Source: a virus
Lineage: Duplodnaviria > Caudoviricetes
Length of the DNA: 64,000 nucleotides
IMG/VR virus record: IMGVR_UViG_3300029305_005724
Location: 159,866-223,865 of that record
Direction: 5' to 3' (one strand)
Under the pieces are notes generated by a model. That model was given only the letters and a program-made list of their open reading frames with translations. It made no database searches and was not told where the DNA came from. Shown here in pieces: positions 41,518-50,413 of the stretch (position 1 is the stretch's first letter; each line of letters opens with the position of its first letter). Made by a program: the position numbers and the translations under genes.

Positions 41518-41930
41518 TGAAACCTGTATCAAATTTTGTAGATAAAGATAATGGAATTATCTTTGCTAGAGTTATGTATTTGGAAGATATTGATATTGTA
41601 GGTCTCAATATTCTTCCTGGAAGGGAAGCGGCAAGATATCTTGCAACAGATATTATGCTTAAAGATGGAGCAACTCTTGCTAATTATACAGCAGCAAGCC
41701 ATACTCCTGAATGCAAAATTTTTAAAATTTGCAATTCTGAAGAAGAGGCAAAAGCTAATATTGTTTCTCACACAAGAAATGCTATTATCGAATTTGCCAA
41801 ATCTTCAGTGTGCGAAATTCTTAATAGTTTTAATGCAATGTCTAGAGAGGATATTGTATTAAGACTTGTTGGATTGCATCAAACTCTCCATGATAACAAA
41901 TATTATTTCGATGAGGTATTTAAATCATGA
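41517..41930 (+). CDS. Hypothetical early protein, paralog array member 2
   Basis: TAATG coupling; similar to 41095..41517. Confidence 0.8.
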   Translation: MKPVSNFVDKDNGIIFARVMYLEDIDIVGLNILPGREAARYLATDIMLKDGATLANYTAASHTPECKIFKICNSEEEAKANIVSHTRNAIIEFAKSSVCEILNSFNAMSREDIVLRLVGLHQTLHDNKYYFDEVFKS

Positions 41931-42355
41931 AACTATCGAAAAGAATCTTAGATGGCAATGAGGGCATTGTAGTTGCCTATATTTTCAAACTCGAGCAGCA
42001 CGAAATTAAAGGTAAGGGAAAATTTCTTCTTATCGATGCCTATACTGATTTCAATGGTGCCCAAAGAATCGATTTTAATGATATCTTAAAAGATAGAAGA
42101 AAAGGAGATATCGCATTATATCATATTTTCGATACAGCTCAGCAAGCAATTGACTTTTTCACTATGAAGACTGTATATGATAATACTGAAAATTGTATTA
42201 TTGCTTTGAGAGCCGAACTCGATAAAATCGAAAGTCTAAAGTTTACTGTAAATAGCCTCAAATCCAATCTTAGTACTATCATAAATATTCTCGCATACTA
42301 TCAGAATATTAAAGTAGAAGATATTGGAGGAGCTACTGGATTATTGGGTCTGTGA
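41927..42355 (+). CDS. Hypothetical early protein, possible paralog 3
   Basis: ATGA coupling. Confidence 0.75.
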   Translation: MKLSKRILDGNEGIVVAYIFKLEQHEIKGKGKFLLIDAYTDFNGAQRIDFNDILKDRRKGDIALYHIFDTAQQAIDFFTMKTVYDNTENCIIALRAELDKIESLKFTVNSLKSNLSTIINILAYYQNIKVEDIGGATGLLGL

Positions 42356-42372
42356 TAGGAGGGTAAATTATA

Positions 42373-42753
42373 ATGGCAAACTCCGATCAAATTTACGAAA
42401 CTCTTCATAGTCCTTTCTCTATTGAAAGGCATAAGAAAACATTTACAGCTTATTTAGAGGCTGTTATGTATGAAGATGGTACGGTAGAATATGCTGTACC
42501 ATCTCATCAAAATAAGCTTATTGAAATCTGTATGAAAAAGCTTAATCTTACAGATAGAAAACAACTTTCTGATATGTGCCCACCCGAATGGTATGCAGAC
42601 TTTACAGAATGGTTGTGCAAGATAAGCGGTTGTATTTCTATATGGTTTGATTTTCATATGGGGAAATGTAATGCTATTCAGGCATCTAAACTCAAAGAAT
42701 TTCAAAATCATAAAATCTATATTGGTCCTATTAAAATGAGAGAGGATGAGTAA
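42373..42753 (+). CDS. Hypothetical protein
   Basis: GGAGG RBS; terminator at 42739-42765. Confidence 0.8.
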   Translation: MANSDQIYETLHSPFSIERHKKTFTAYLEAVMYEDGTVEYAVPSHQNKLIEICMKKLNLTDRKQLSDMCPPEWYADFTEWLCKISGCISIWFDFHMGKCNAIQASKLKEFQNHKIYIGPIKMREDE

Positions 42754-42820
42754 TTCATCCTCTCTTTCTATTTTTATATGATCGCTCACAAACAAGTAAA
42801 CAAAAATAAGGAGAATAAAA

Positions 42821-43870
42821 ATGGAGAATATTTCTTTAATGAAAAAGAAAGTTTATGCAAATTATCTTCATAGACAAGGCAAGTCCAATGAATATATTTC
42901 AAAACTTTTAGACTGTAGTCAATCACAAGCAAAATCTTACGTAGTATCTGGCTATGATATTATGTATAACTTCAATATCAAATATCAGCAAGTTATATAC
43001 AGAGATGGTTCTACTATAAAAATAGAACCGGATGCAATGTTTGTATTGCCCGCTAAGCTTTATGAACAGCTTATCAAAAACTGTAAGAAAAATTTCCGAG
43101 ATCTATATGAAATGAATATAGATGAAGTTGTTTCTATGATAGAAGAAAAATGTGATATTCTTCCATCATCTAGAAACGAATTAGTCTATTGGCTTATCCA
43201 TAAAGGAGAGCTTGAAAAGATTTATCTTTATCATGCTCATCAGCTTATGGATATTGCTGAAAATGGCATTCCTGAGTTAGAAGAGTTATCTGATTATAAT
43301 GCTGTCCAGGATAAGCTTCAATCTATTATCAATCCGGACTTTGATGAAGTCTTAAGAATGTATAGCAATCAAGGTGTAAATAATCTTTTAAGAGATGAAG
43401 ATTATTTAACCACGTTAACCAAGATGGCTATTTTTTACAATCTTTACTATAATGGAAAAATGTCAGTTCCAAGAATTGTAGAATTATTTAACTCTTCCAT
43501 TGGATGGGGCAATTCATATCTTAGAAAGATTGAAAATGAAAATCTTAATTTTGAAGAATGGACAGATTATAAATTTATTCTTAGCTCACATATTCAAAAT
43601 CTTTTACTTATTCCGCAAGGAGTTATGGATATTCCATATATATGCAGCCAAAATAATTATGGAATTTATAAGCTTCTTAAGCCTAGGACTGGCTTGGGCA
43701 CAAAAGCTATGGCTACGATGATTGCATATAAAGACAATCCTAAAATGGTACAGGCTTTGTATAATCTTCGTCAAAAATCTCTTATTAATATCCGTGATCA
43801 TTTCCATGAAAAACTTATTGGAAAATCCGATGATGAGATAAAAGAAATAATCAAAAATCAACGCATATAA
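42821..43870 (+). CDS. Hypothetical protein with N-terminal HTH-like segment
   Basis: LHRQGKSNEYISKLLDCSQSQAKSYV. Confidence 0.65.
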   Translation: MENISLMKKKVYANYLHRQGKSNEYISKLLDCSQSQAKSYVVSGYDIMYNFNIKYQQVIYRDGSTIKIEPDAMFVLPAKLYEQLIKNCKKNFRDLYEMNIDEVVSMIEEKCDILPSSRNELVYWLIHKGELEKIYLYHAHQLMDIAENGIPELEELSDYNAVQDKLQSIINPDFDEVLRMYSNQGVNNLLRDEDYLTTLTKMAIFYNLYYNGKMSVPRIVELFNSSIGWGNSYLRKIENENLNFEEWTDYKFILSSHIQNLLLIPQGVMDIPYICSQNNYGIYKLLKPRTGLGTKAMATMIAYKDNPKMVQALYNLRQKSLINIRDHFHEKLIGKSDDEIKEIIKNQRI

Positions 43871-43886
43871 TGAAAGGAGAATTATA

Positions 43887-44417
43887 ATGCATGAATTCGA
43901 TGGACACAAAATCATTGGCAAGTTCGAGGGAGAATATTACTTCCTTAGCAACTTTTATCCAGCTAGGGTTACTTACAACGGACGAACTTATCTCAATTCT
44001 GAAGCTGCATTTCATGCTCAAAAAGATCCAAGTCGCGCTGATGAATTCGTTAATCTTGATCCTTCAGCAGCCAAACGGCTTGGAAGATCTGTTAAAATTA
44101 ATGTCGAAGAATGGAATTCAATAAGATTCCATACTATGCTCGATATTCTTTACAAGAAATTTGAGCAGAATCCTGATCTTAAACAAAAGCTTATTGATAC
44201 AGGAGATGCCCTTTTAGTAGAAGGGAACACATGGGGCGATAATTACTGGGGTATGTGCAATGGTAAGGGACAGAACTGCCTTGGCATTGCCTTAACTTTT
44301 GTAAGATGTAGTCTTGCCAACAGAAGCACTATAGAAGATATAGGTATTCTTACAGATTATATAGGCTATTGTAATATATGTGAGTTATATGAGGAGGATG
44401 GAACGCCATGCGATTAA
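43887..44417 (+). CDS. NADAR (YbiA-like) ADP-ribose/N-glycosidase
   Basis: FLSNFY, SEAAFHAQK, AKRLGR, KFEQNPDL..L..TG..LVEGN.WGD.YWG..G.N.LG. Confidence 0.92.
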   Translation: MHEFDGHKIIGKFEGEYYFLSNFYPARVTYNGRTYLNSEAAFHAQKDPSRADEFVNLDPSAAKRLGRSVKINVEEWNSIRFHTMLDILYKKFEQNPDLKQKLIDTGDALLVEGNTWGDNYWGMCNGKGQNCLGIALTFVRCSLANRSTIEDIGILTDYIGYCNICELYEEDGTPCD

Positions 44418-45613
44418 TTGATCTACTCGCCTATGATAAAGGCAATATACGATTTGATATCAATATAAACGATTCTAGAACAGAATCGCTTTATACAAAG
44501 TATCTTAAAGATAAAGAATCTGAAGGACGCTATTATCCAACGGCGATTGAGGTTTTTGAATTCTTCCATGGACTTTGTAATTATAGTTTGCTAAAAGATG
44601 TTTATATTAGCTCTATTTATATTGGCCAAATGAAGGATAATAATGGTACAACTATTGTACCTATTTGTGAACTTGAAATCGTTGAAGACTTTAATGATTA
44701 CGAAATTTATCCTGAATATCAAATCAAAGTCATTAGAGATGGACTTTTTAATGTAATAGTGGATGCTCATAGTTATAAAATGGATGTAATTCATTTTAAA
44801 CGAGTTATGCATCACTTTACCGAATTTCTTAGAGATTTATGGGAGCATGAATACAAAGAAGAAAACTATGAGGGAACAAGAGATATTATTCATCTCATAA
44901 ATGCTTACTATAAGCTCGTTGAATATTTTGACGATCACGGATATGTAATTCCTAGTATATATCATGCGACTGAATTTAAGAATGATCCATATAACTGGAT
45001 TCTTGAATATGATATTATTAAAAATTGCAATCCGGGTAGCTGCAATAAGATGCGACTACATGAGTTTTTCTTTATTCTTGCAAATGCTAGATTTGATAAT
45101 ATTCATTATGGATCCCATAAGCAACCAGATAGAATTAGTTCTTCCCAAAGAATTAGAGATTGCGTAAAAGATTATGTAGATGGTCAATTTGATTTCCCTA
45201 CAATTCTTAATGGATATAAACAAGATTTGGCATGTCTCGAGCTCGATGGTAATAGTATAAATATAGCTATCGATTGTGAAGCAAATCGCGGAGATCTCTA
45301 TTATGGAATTATCAAAGACAATAGATTTAAAGAACAAAACGGCTCTCTTGTCGAAAACAAATCCTATAGATGTCATGGATTCAATGTTTATGATGAAGAT
45401 GCTATTGATAAGATTAATTCTATTTATAAATATTTTAAATCAGTCAATCCAGACATTGATCTTGCAATTGGTGGATTTAGCAATGAATCCGAAGGTATTA
45501 CAATGCAGTATTTGCATCATGATGGATATGTATATCTTATTGTCCTTCAAACCAAAAGATTAAGTATTGTTATATATAATCAGACAGCTGATTGCATAGA
45601 TACGGAGGAATAA
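44408..45613 (+). CDS. Hypothetical protein
   Basis: GGAGG RBS; long ORF in the operon. Confidence 0.75.
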   Translation: MRLIDLLAYDKGNIRFDININDSRTESLYTKYLKDKESEGRYYPTAIEVFEFFHGLCNYSLLKDVYISSIYIGQMKDNNGTTIVPICELEIVEDFNDYEIYPEYQIKVIRDGLFNVIVDAHSYKMDVIHFKRVMHHFTEFLRDLWEHEYKEENYEGTRDIIHLINAYYKLVEYFDDHGYVIPSIYHATEFKNDPYNWILEYDIIKNCNPGSCNKMRLHEFFFILANARFDNIHYGSHKQPDRISSSQRIRDCVKDYVDGQFDFPTILNGYKQDLACLELDGNSINIAIDCEANRGDLYYGIIKDNRFKEQNGSLVENKSYRCHGFNVYDEDAIDKINSIYKYFKSVNPDIDLAIGGFSNESEGITMQYLHHDGYVYLIVLQTKRLSIVIYNQTADCIDTEE

Positions 45614-45614
45614 T

Positions 45615-46415
45615 ATGGAAGCTAAAGAAACAATTATAAAACTAAAACCTGAAGAGGAATTAAACTTTGCATCTCAATTATTGCTAAAATACTGGATACA
45701 AAGAGCTTTAATTCCTCGTAAAAGCCCTATGCGAGAAATCTCAAGTGTAGGACTTAAGAATTTATTTATCTATGCTACTGGTCTGGATATTTCTCATGAT
45801 CAGTTTAAATATGCAATGGAGCTTGCTGGCTATGAACCATCTAACCAAAAACAAGAAAAATGGTATTTTGGCATTAGTAAAAATAGTCCATGTCTATTGC
45901 AAATGAAAGAAAAGGTTGAACCGGTTAGAAAAGTGACACAGGAGGAAGTGGCTTTTGCACTTGAGCATCATGGTATAGCATGGCCGTATGCAACACCCCT
46001 CAAGCGTGGTTATTTCCTCAATATGTCATTTGAAGATGAGCTCAAACTTTATGGATATGTCCCAGTAATGTGTTACGAGGAATGGACTATATTCAAAAAG
46101 CTTGATTTTCTTGAGAGAGTTAAGAAGAATCCTAACTACAATCAGTATTTGGTTGTGGATAAGGATAATTATGAAGGTCCTAAGAAGCTTGAATGCATAA
46201 AAGTTGATGTCTTAGATCCGTCCAAATTTAATTATGATGACTGCCATGCATTGTATGACAATGATTATTTTGGAGAGTTCGATTATGAAGTAGAACAGGA
46301 ATTTAGTTCTCTTCATAAAGAATATTGGGATATAAGAACGAAGCAACTTCTCGATTTGCACGGAAAAGATCCATTCCAAGCGACATTTGTAGGATGGTTC
46401 AAATTTGTTGAATAA
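45615..46415 (+). CDS. Hypothetical protein
   Basis: GGAGG RBS. Confidence 0.75.
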   Translation: MEAKETIIKLKPEEELNFASQLLLKYWIQRALIPRKSPMREISSVGLKNLFIYATGLDISHDQFKYAMELAGYEPSNQKQEKWYFGISKNSPCLLQMKEKVEPVRKVTQEEVAFALEHHGIAWPYATPLKRGYFLNMSFEDELKLYGYVPVMCYEEWTIFKKLDFLERVKKNPNYNQYLVVDKDNYEGPKKLECIKVDVLDPSKFNYDDCHALYDNDYFGEFDYEVEQEFSSLHKEYWDIRTKQLLDLHGKDPFQATFVGWFKFVE

Positions 46416-46426
46416 GGAGAAAGATA

Positions 46427-47080
46427 ATGAAAGCAAAACATTATTTTGCAAAATTCCTTGAATGTAAAACTAATGAAGAACTTGAACAAGAGTTTTTAGT
46501 TTGCATTCAAGATCTTATTAAAGATACTGATAAGCTTATCGATCAGCGTTGCGCAAAACGTCGAGAAGCAATTGCTTCTATAATCAAAGAAGTTAATCAA
46601 AAGTATCTTGCTATTGTGAGAATGCAAAAGGAATGGAAAGAAAAGCTTCCTCCTTTTGAATTTTCAGACCATCCATTGGCAAATATTACATTTACCGATG
46701 ATGGTTTCCAAGCTTGCTATGTACATGAAAGGCCTCAATATTCTTGGGCTTTTGATTTAGATAAGCATAAGAAATTTATTGAAGAAAAGAATAAGGCTGA
46801 AGAAAGACGAGCCGAATTTGTTAAGAACTTTACACCAAGCCCTGTTATTCCTTTAAGAGAGATTACTCAAGAAAATCTTATGAAAGAAATCTTAAGTAAT
46901 ATTTATCATCTTGGTGTTTATTTCAATGAATTCAAAATGCCTATTGAAATGATTAAGCCTCTTGCAAGAAGAATTGCTCTTCTCAGATATTGGGCTGCTA
47001 AAGGTATTAACTATGATGATATAGCAGAATTTGAGGCTGATGAGGATGCATGGGTAATGACACACCAGTATGCTATTTAA
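46427..47080 (+). CDS. Hypothetical protein
   Basis: AAGGAG RBS; terminator at 47084-47112. Confidence 0.8.
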   Translation: MKAKHYFAKFLECKTNEELEQEFLVCIQDLIKDTDKLIDQRCAKRREAIASIIKEVNQKYLAIVRMQKEWKEKLPPFEFSDHPLANITFTDDGFQACYVHERPQYSWAFDLDKHKKFIEEKNKAEERRAEFVKNFTPSPVIPLREITQENLMKEILSNIYHLGVYFNEFKMPIEMIKPLARRIALLRYWAAKGINYDDIAEFEADEDAWVMTHQYAI

Positions 47081-47175
47081 ATTAAAAGAAGAGGGGCATC
47101 CCCTCTTCTTTTTTTGTTTTATATAAAATTTAAAACTAGTTAATAAAACTATGATAAATTATGGAGGTAACTTAT

Positions 47176-47856
47176 ATGCTTACATATAAATCGAGCATTA
47201 CACTTTCTGAATATCTAAAAATATTTTCTCGATTAAGTGGAAATTTTATTAAAAACAAAAAAGATGATAAAGAACTTATTTTATCTACTATGAATGAGAC
47301 ATTTCCCTCATCTCTACGTTTTGATGGTGGTGCTCATATTGCTAATGGAGCATTTATTGAAAACATCTTTCGTAAAAAAGGATATGAAAATATATTAAAT
47401 GCTGAAATCGAATCGGTTATTCCCACAGAAGCTTTTTCTCATGATTATCCTAATAATAAATATTTTATAGATGGCGATAAAATATTTATCGATAAAGATG
47501 GTTTTGCATATCGTAAAATTTATACATCAACAAAAGTCGAATTTGAAAAATTAGATACGGTCTATGAGATTCGTCTTAAAAATAATAATTTTGCCTCCAG
47601 AATTAAGGAAGAGGCCTCCCCTCTATTTTCCAAAATTCGTATATATGAATTTATTGATTATATCAATGACGCGCATGAAACTAATGCTAAATTTGTTATT
47701 ATAGATGCCCAAAAGGTCAATGCGCCAATTCATATCTTAGATTCTATAAAATCTTTAGAAGAAAGATTTGAATCTGATTTGGAGCGTTTTATATTTCATA
47801 TAGTAAAAGCAACATCGACAGATGATAGTAATCCACTATACTTTATTTATTATTAA
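47176..47856 (+). CDS. Hypothetical protein (paralog of the next gene)
   Basis: GGAGG precedes ATG 47176; shares N.TFP...F..I..K.G..L...V.SV with the next ORF. Confidence 0.7.
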   Translation: MLTYKSSITLSEYLKIFSRLSGNFIKNKKDDKELILSTMNETFPSSLRFDGGAHIANGAFIENIFRKKGYENILNAEIESVIPTEAFSHDYPNNKYFIDGDKIFIDKDGFAYRKIYTSTKVEFEKLDTVYEIRLKNNNFASRIKEEASPLFSKIRIYEFIDYINDAHETNAKFVIIDAQKVNAPIHILDSIKSLEERFESDLERFIFHIVKATSTDDSNPLYFIYY

Positions 47857-47870
47857 TGGAGGATAATATA

Positions 47871-48284
47871 ATGGTCGAAAAAATTACACTAGTCCAACTA
47901 TTATTTGCTCTATGCCCAGATGATAAACATAAAGACAATGGAACTGTATATGGTTTTATTAATACAGCTAATGATACATTTCCAAAAGAATTCCGTTCTT
48001 ACTGCATAACCCCAGCATCATTATTTGCTGATATTTATGAAAAACAAGGTAGAGAAAGCCCACTTCTAGAAACCAAAGTAGATAGTGTTGCTTTCAAGGT
48101 ACATCCATTTCCAAATGATAATGACATAGAGAATATCTATAATGGAACTCAGCGTGTTTGTTTTAATATGCAATATGGATACTATATTGAAAATGGTATT
48201 ATTCCAGAGACTGGAGAAGAGATACATCGTCCTATTCCGGTTGTAATGGAAATATTTCTTATAAAAGAAGAGGAGAACCATTAA
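47871..48284 (+). CDS. Hypothetical protein
   Basis: GGAGG precedes ATG 47871; terminator at 48269-48295. Confidence 0.7.
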   Translation: MVEKITLVQLLFALCPDDKHKDNGTVYGFINTANDTFPKEFRSYCITPASLFADIYEKQGRESPLLETKVDSVAFKVHPFPNDNDIENIYNGTQRVCFNMQYGYYIENGIIPETGEEIHRPIPVVMEIFLIKEEENH

Positions 48285-48438
48285 GGTTCTCCTCTTTCTA
48301 ATTTAACTATATACTATATTTGTATCAAGCTCTAAAGTGCTTGATTTGTGTTAAATTGTAAACTTTTACATTAACTTTTTACATTTTTAACATTTATTTT
48401 ACAATACATTAAGTCCTTTTAAAGGTGGTGAATTAAAT

Positions 48439-49224
48439 ATGGATATGACTTTCCAACAATACATAGATAATCCTATGGGAAAACATAATGCTGTATTTTC
48501 TCAAAGAGATATGTATAAGCAACTTTATACAGAAAAGTTTGATAAAGTATTTCTAAGAGAGGCTGGTAAAATAGAGTACACTTTGTATGTAGATAAAAAG
48601 AAGGATTTTTATGTAGCACACATTAAGGTACCTTCTGAGACTGTAAAGAAGTTCTACTATGATGCTGTAATTCTATTTTACACAAATGATGCGGCTAAGA
48701 GGACGTCACCCAGCCTACAGGACTACTTTGTTAAGTTCTTTTCAAATGATCCAGCATTTGTATTTACATACTTACGCGTATTTTTGAAGAATGGTTTATT
48801 TATTGAAGACTTGAAATCCAAGTCTTCCAAACTTGCTCTCAAGAAAGATCCTAAAGAGAAGAACCCATATGAAGTTCCTGGCTATAGCAAGATCCTCTAT
48901 TTTGCTTATCTTTTTATGAAAACTAAGAATTTGTTTTCTAAGGCAATGTATGAATCATATGGAGTAGAATATACTCCTGGTAAGCTAGCTTCTAAAGTTA
49001 TGCATACAGATGATAAGATTGCTCTAAGGCAAGAGCTTGGTGAAAAGGAGGCAAAAGAAAGAGCTAAAGAGAAGAGAGAAGAAGCAAAAACAAAAAATGA
49101 AGAGCATAGAAATGCGCTATCTGCTTTAAATAAAACTATCGGTTCTGCTCCTTCCGTGAGGACTTCTCCAATGGCTAAAACCGTATCACGAGCCAAAACT
49201 GTTAAAAGGGTAAACAAGAAATGA
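48439..49224 (+). CDS. Conserved-looking jumbo-phage hypothetical protein with basic tail
   Basis: RBS; lies directly upstream of the sigma-like gene. Confidence 0.75.
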   Translation: MDMTFQQYIDNPMGKHNAVFSQRDMYKQLYTEKFDKVFLREAGKIEYTLYVDKKKDFYVAHIKVPSETVKKFYYDAVILFYTNDAAKRTSPSLQDYFVKFFSNDPAFVFTYLRVFLKNGLFIEDLKSKSSKLALKKDPKEKNPYEVPGYSKILYFAYLFMKTKNLFSKAMYESYGVEYTPGKLASKVMHTDDKIALRQELGEKEAKERAKEKREEAKTKNEEHRNALSALNKTIGSAPSVRTSPMAKTVSRAKTVKRVNKK

Positions 49225-49225
49225 A

Positions 49226-49237
49226 ATATATAATATA
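49226..49237 (+). promoter_or_regulatory. Early (vRNAP-type) promoter ATATA[A/T/C]TATA, representative copy
   Basis: Similar motifs at 39961, 41045, 48307, 51544, 52290 and 53013. Confidence 0.65.
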
Positions 49238-49268
49238 GATATGAAACAATTTGGGGAGGTAACTAACT

Positions 49269-49751
49269 ATGAGTACGCAACAACATGAACTTTTGGAACC
49301 TATGGAGTTCCATGACCCCATACCGTTTGAACCTATTGATACATGGGAACCGAAGTGTCCTGAGGATGAAGTCTTTAAGACCATCCGAGGGGCAATTATG
49401 CTCGATGTATCTTCTTTTTATGGTATGGAGCCAAATGCACAACTTGATGCATTCATTATGAGTGCTAAAAGATCATACAATAACCCTGAAATGCGAGCTC
49501 ATACAGTTCAGTACCTAAACTATTTTGAGAAGTTCTATGATAAAGAACATGAACTTCCTATGATATATTGCCGTCTTAAATATCTTATTGATGTAGAGCC
49601 GGCATATAATAGAGATGCATTTCTTTATGATCTTACACGTTATATTATGAATGGATCCATTTCTCTTAAGATTGGGTTTATGAATAGAGATAACTACTCT
49701 CTTAATTTGACGTATAAGAATTTAAAGAATCCGAATCTGCAATATAGTGAT
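49269..49751 (+). CDS. Sigma-like promoter-specificity subunit of non-virion RNAP (AR9 gp226/phiKZ gp68-like), exon 1
   Basis: GGAGG RBS; early motif at 49226. F....KRSY.N and LQ..D resemble AR9 gp226 as recalled. Spliced product would be 512 aa. Confidence 0.75.
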
Positions 49752-50413
49752 TGAGAGTCAGTCACCCTGATATAGAAATATAGCAGGAGAAACTCCTTTA
49801 ATTGCTGGGAAATCCTAAAGCTCATCTGCTACCGGAGAAGGCATAAATAGTCAAGCTCCCATAGAAGAGAAATCTAGAAAAGAGTGATGAGATGATGTAT
49901 GATGAAAGTCTAACCATTATTGACAATGAATAACCAGCAGCCAAGCACCGCGTCAGCCTATAAAAAAAGAAGATGTGTTTTTGATGTGGTATTTAAGCGG
50001 ATATGGTGGAATTGGAAGACACGTAGCACTTAGGATGCTATGAGTTTATTCGTGTGGGTTCAAGTCCCACTATCCGCACCAGAAACTTTTAAAACGATTT
50101 ATTTTCCACTAGCAAACAAAAAACACGTATTACTTATTTTCGCACAACCCCATCAATCCCTAGCAAATTTTTATGGACGTTTACATAAGACCAGGCAAAG
50201 GCGCGCAAGAAGGTTCAACGACTAACGAAAACATAATATAAGTAGCCACCTAGCAACTTATATTGTAGTGAGTAGAGTAGGGCTCAAGCTGAGTTCCGAA
50301 ATGGGGAGCGCCCTAACAGGCAGTGCTGAGGGTGAAGATATAGTCTCGTCTCTAAGCAAATCTTGGAGAAGTTGATGACAACTGTACAACTTGCGATGTT
50401 GTATGAAGTTACG
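49752..50413 (+). mobile_element. Group I intron (IA-like) without an ORF, containing a tRNA gene
   Basis: P1 GTGAT/GTCAC with U-G at 49751; P 49800, Q 49932, R 50214, S 50335; P9 hairpin; terminal G at 50413 restores the frame. Confidence 0.92.
49997..50081 (+). tRNA. tRNA-Leu(UAG), nested in a group I intron
   Basis: Acceptor GCGGATA/TATCCGC; D-loop GG; anticodon arm TAGCA-CTTAGGA-TGCTA; long variable arm; GTGGG-TTCAAGT-CCCAC; A73 plus CCA. Confidence 0.96.

Noticed and set aside
49997-50081. Amber suppressor tRNA or genome-wide stop-codon recoding
   Set aside because: The anticodon is 5'-UAG-3' (reads CUA, Leu), not CUA. Genes are long in code 11, TGA/TAG act as stops, and Trp is TGG.
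50040-50225. 61-aa ORF inside intron 2
   Set aside because: It overlaps the tRNA and the R element, and has no RBS or nuclease motif
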